Source: Coleofasciculus chthonoplastes F2-STO-03
GTDB lineage: Bacteria > Cyanobacteriota > Cyanobacteriia > Cyanobacteriales > Coleofasciculaceae
Direction of reading: 5' to 3'
Length of the DNA stretch: 19,513 nucleotides
Assembly (NCBI GenBank): GCA_040222015.1
Contig: JAVJWO010000168.1
Location: forward strand, 1-19,513
The translations under genes were made by a program, and so were the position numbers. The notes beneath the pieces are model-generated. The model worked only from the letters and a program-made list of their open reading frames with translations. It did not search any database and was not told the DNA's origin. Below are positions 17,058 to 19,513 of the stretch, one piece after another. Every line of letters starts with the position of its first letter. Position 1 is the first letter of the stretch.

Positions 17058-17708
17058 ATGGCTCCCCAATTGCGTGTTTATGTTCCCCCTCACCCCCTAA
17101 TCAAGCACTGGCTTGGCGTTGCCCGTGATGCGGCGACACCATCCCCCTTATTCAAAAGTGCGATGACGGAGTTAGGGCGATGGCTCACCTACGAAGCGAT
17201 TCGAGACTGGCTACCGACGGAAGAGTTGATGGTGCAGACACCCCTAGCCCCTTGTCCAGCCACAATGGTGAATCCAGATACTCCTTTAGTCGTCGTGCCG
17301 ATTTTACGGGCGGGATTAGCCTTATTAGAAGGGGCACAAACCTTATTGCCCTTGGCATCCATTTACCATCTGGGCATGGTGCGTGATGAAGGAACGTTAG
17401 AAGCAAAGTGTTATTTAAATAAATTGCCCCAACAATTTGATCCGGGTACACGTATCTTAATTACCGAACCCATGCTAGCAACGGGGGGTACAATGATGTC
17501 CGCGATCGCAGAACTGACTAAGCGAGGTGCTGACCCAGCATTTATCCGGATTCTCAGCGTGGTTGCAGCTCCACCCGCCTTGCAAAAGTTAGGGGCTAAT
17601 TATCCCACTTTAACCATATACACCGCCACAATTGACGAAGAATTAAGCCAGCAAGGATTTATAGTGCCAGGATTAGGAGATGCAGGCGATCGCGCTTTTG
17701 GCACATGA
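17058..17708 (+). CDS. upp: Uracil phosphoribosyltransferase
   Basis: HPLIKHWL, VPILRAG, PMLATGGT, IVPGLGDAGDRAFGT. Confidence 0.97.
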   Translation: MAPQLRVYVPPHPLIKHWLGVARDAATPSPLFKSAMTELGRWLTYEAIRDWLPTEELMVQTPLAPCPATMVNPDTPLVVVPILRAGLALLEGAQTLLPLASIYHLGMVRDEGTLEAKCYLNKLPQQFDPGTRILITEPMLATGGTMMSAIAELTKRGADPAFIRILSVVAAPPALQKLGANYPTLTIYTATIDEELSQQGFIVPGLGDAGDRAFGT

Positions 17709-17723
17709 AAGTAGGGAGAAAAC

Positions 17724-17759
17724 TGGGGTTGTAGAGACGTAGCATGCTACGTCTGGGAG
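17724..17759. repeat. 36-bp REP-containing repeat, exact inverted partner of 16767-16802
   Basis: TGGGGTTGTAGAGACGTAGCATGCTACGTCTGGGAG; followed by 9-mer repeats and GACATAA x3 (17795-17815). Confidence 0.9.
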
Positions 17760-17897
17760 CAGGGGAAGCTGGGGAAGATAAGGGGTAAACGAATGACATA
17801 AGACATAAGACATAAGACGAAGATGTAGGCATCTGCATCAGCCAACCGTTAATCTGGAAAAGCAGTTGCGTTTTATTTCAAGGGTACGAAAGGAAAA

Positions 17898-18239
17898 ATG
17901 AGTCAGCGCGATGGTTTTACAGGCGGACTTCTTGCCGGAATCGCCATAGGGGGAGTAGTCGGTGGCGTTATCGGAGCCATACTAGCCGGACAACGCAATA
18001 ATAGCGATGAAGATGCCGATCAGTCTTTACTCAAGTCCCGCCTTTCCGAAAAGAAAGCGATGAAGGGTAAAAAGTCTCAGCTCAACTCCGAGGAGAGCAT
18101 TGAAGCGGCACGTCGCAGTTTAGAAGACAAAATTGCCCAGCTTAATACAGCGATTGATGATGTGCGCCAGCAATTGGGTCCGGTGAATGGGAGTGGGAGT
18201 ACTGAACTCACCGATAGGGAAGGTTCCCTCGATTCCTGA
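17898..18239 (+). CDS. Conserved cyanobacterial membrane-anchored coiled-coil protein
   Basis: Gly-rich N-terminal TM helix; IEAARRSLEDKIAQLNTAIDDVRQQL coiled coil; AAGGA RBS; lies between upp and yggT. Confidence 0.85.
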   Translation: MSQRDGFTGGLLAGIAIGGVVGGVIGAILAGQRNNSDEDADQSLLKSRLSEKKAMKGKKSQLNSEESIEAARRSLEDKIAQLNTAIDDVRQQLGPVNGSGSTELTDREGSLDS

Positions 18240-18325
18240 GCCAGAATGGAGTGATATCAGTTAAACTGGCTAGAAAGGCACTATCATATCAGCCCTCTAA
18301 ACCTAGTAAGGAACTATTTCAATTT

Positions 18326-18586
18326 ATGCCTACAGCACTTGTAACCGAAAGTCTCGCCAATTTCCTCAACATCTATTTACTGCTGATATTTGTCCGCATT
18401 CTGTTAACCTGGTTCCCCACGGTTGAATGGATGAACCAGGTGGCTGGATTCCTCAGCCCAATTACTGACCCTTACCTGAATATTTTCCGCTCCTTTATTC
18501 CGCCGATTGGAGGTTTGGACTTATCTCCTCTTTTGGCGATTATTGTCTTGCAACTTATCGCTGGACTGTTTGGAGGTATGGCATAG
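18326..18586 (+). CDS. yggT: YggT/YlmG family membrane protein
   Basis: RILLTWFP...ITDPYLNIFRSFIPPIGGLDLSP; ATG 18326 preferred over GTG 18251. Confidence 0.93.
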   Translation: MPTALVTESLANFLNIYLLLIFVRILLTWFPTVEWMNQVAGFLSPITDPYLNIFRSFIPPIGGLDLSPLLAIIVLQLIAGLFGGMA

Positions 18587-18626
18587 TCTTGGGTTAGATA
18601 TTAATGACAGTCAACACGCTTTTTTT

Positions 18627-19061
18627 TTAGCGGCGGACTTTGCCCGTAAAGCCAGACGCTTTGAATTGTTCAAGCTGCAAGGGGGTTGGTTGATTAGCCG
18701 AAACCGTAATTCGCACTTCAAAATCACTAACGCCCGGTGGGACTTCATCAATAGCGCCCAGCCGGGTACGATTTTGAAAGACGGGATTATGATTGGCATC
18801 GTAAATTCGACCAAAAATGTCAGCGTTGATCACGGGTTTACCTGACTTATTGATGGCTTTGCCTGTAATGATGTAGCAATTGGCGGCTTGGATGGAACCG
18901 GGCGTGACCAACCCTTCGGAAAACTTGGAGGGACATTCTTGGTAAGACAGATCAGACAGTTCCACCTGAACGAAGGCAAACGCGGCAGGGGCAATAACCC
19001 AACTGATTAGCCAAAACAGACAAGCAACGGCAACGGTAGTAAACCAACCTTGAATTCGCAT
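18627..19061 (-). CDS. Conserved exported hypothetical protein
   Basis: Signal-peptide-like N-terminus ending PAAFA, two Cys in the mature part, NADIFGRIYDAN motif, beta-rich. ATG 19061 preferred over the track start at 19067. Confidence 0.8.
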   Translation of the reverse strand: MRIQGWFTTVAVACLFWLISWVIAPAAFAFVQVELSDLSYQECPSKFSEGLVTPGSIQAANCYIITGKAINKSGKPVINADIFGRIYDANHNPVFQNRTRLGAIDEVPPGVSDFEVRITVSANQPTPLQLEQFKASGFTGKVRR

Positions 19062-19193
19062 AACCAATAGTAATAATTATCTTAACGGAATCATTCCATT
19101 TCTCAGCATAGCGCGAATCCAGCCGCAAACAGTCCATTAGGCTGCTGAATCGTCTACTGAGAGATTATCTTCTAATGGGCCCTGTAGTCGGGA

Positions 19194-19513
19194 ATAAACT
19201 ACCCAGACCTGCTCACGCGGAGGTCTGGGTTTTCAGTAGCCCGCTCAGTCATCGAACAAGTTAAGCTGAACGTATTTGGGAGTTCTGTTTAACTTACACG
19301 ATAACCCCGTGCCTCCAGGCTGGTTTATAAACAGCCCCACAATTGCAATATTATTGGCTCCGTTGTTTGAAAAGGCAACCTTTCGGTTAGCCGCTACTCT
19401 TGCACAAGCTCTGACTGCCATATTTGCTACCAAATTGAATTGGCTTTTGATGGTTTGATAAGCCAAAGATTGAATAGCAATTTTGTTGGTCAGTTTTGGA
19501 TCTGTATGTTCGT
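19194..19513 (-). mobile_element. Right part of a non-autonomous IS200/IS605 element, including the right-end hairpin and putative omega-RNA region
   Basis: Perfect 10-bp stem ACCCAGACCT/AGGTCTGGGT (19201-19230), followed on the minus strand by AGTTTAT, directly after the tnpB stop. End position approximate. Confidence 0.75.
19245..19513 (-). pseudogene. tnpB: Internally deleted tnpB; 5' end outside the window
   Basis: Frame is open to the window edge: EHTDPKLTNKIAIQSLAYQTIKSQFNLVANMAVRACARVAANRKVA (N-terminal region) joined in frame to NGANNIAIVGLFINQPGG...QLNLFDD* (C-terminal tail). RuvC-I/II and zinc finger are absent. Confidence 0.8.

Noticed and set aside
16610..17128. ORFs 16610..16894 and 16922..17128
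   Set aside because: They cover REP repeats, the IsaR1 antisense strand and promoter DNA, with no protein signal.
482..17693. Recurrent GCGATCGC octamer as a special signal
   Set aside because: This is HIP1, an ordinary genome-wide cyanobacterial feature; used only as a taxonomic clue.
19141..19245. c-di-AMP (ydaO) riboswitch suggested by GCTGAATC
   Set aside because: Remaining conserved blocks are missing, no gene follows on the plus strand, and the hairpin is better explained as an IS right end.
1..19513. Circular element or composite transposon
   Set aside because: Joining the ends puts the two tnpB pieces out of frame with a segment missing, and the content is mostly housekeeping genes.

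Overview
Chromosomal segment from a cyanobacterium: at least 12 HIP1 GCGATCGC sites, many GTAG-type REP-like palindromes and heptamer repeats suggest a filamentous, Coleofasciculus-like genome (inference). The backbone carries a peptidoglycan-binding protein gene, hisS, egtD, a DnaJ-TPR gene, an IMPase/suhB-like gene, purK, a pentapeptide-repeat gene, lepB, crtH, upp, yggT and two conserved hypotheticals. Two ncRNAs absent from the ORF track are recognisable: 6S RNA (~8725-8912, +) and the iron-stress sRNA IsaR1 (~16818-16894, -). Both window ends lie inside IS200/IS605-family tnpB elements on the minus strand. The left one truncates an RTX-type gene; the right one is an in-frame internally deleted mini-tnpB. 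Between lepB and crtH (~10.45-15.03 kb) is an accessory defence/toxin-antitoxin island. It holds a HEPN remnant, a DUF6883/DUF4926-like pair, a CHAT-domain 3' remnant, a PARIS-like ABC-ATPase + TOPRIM pair, a truncated UPF0175 antitoxin, a ParE remnant and a 29-bp REP-derived tandem array. The two PARIS-like genes each carry exactly one in-frame TAA, and the pair is tightly bracketed by two diverged copies of a CHAT-gene 3' end, which is the most unusual structure here. Family assignments are from motif recognition by eye; no database searches were run.
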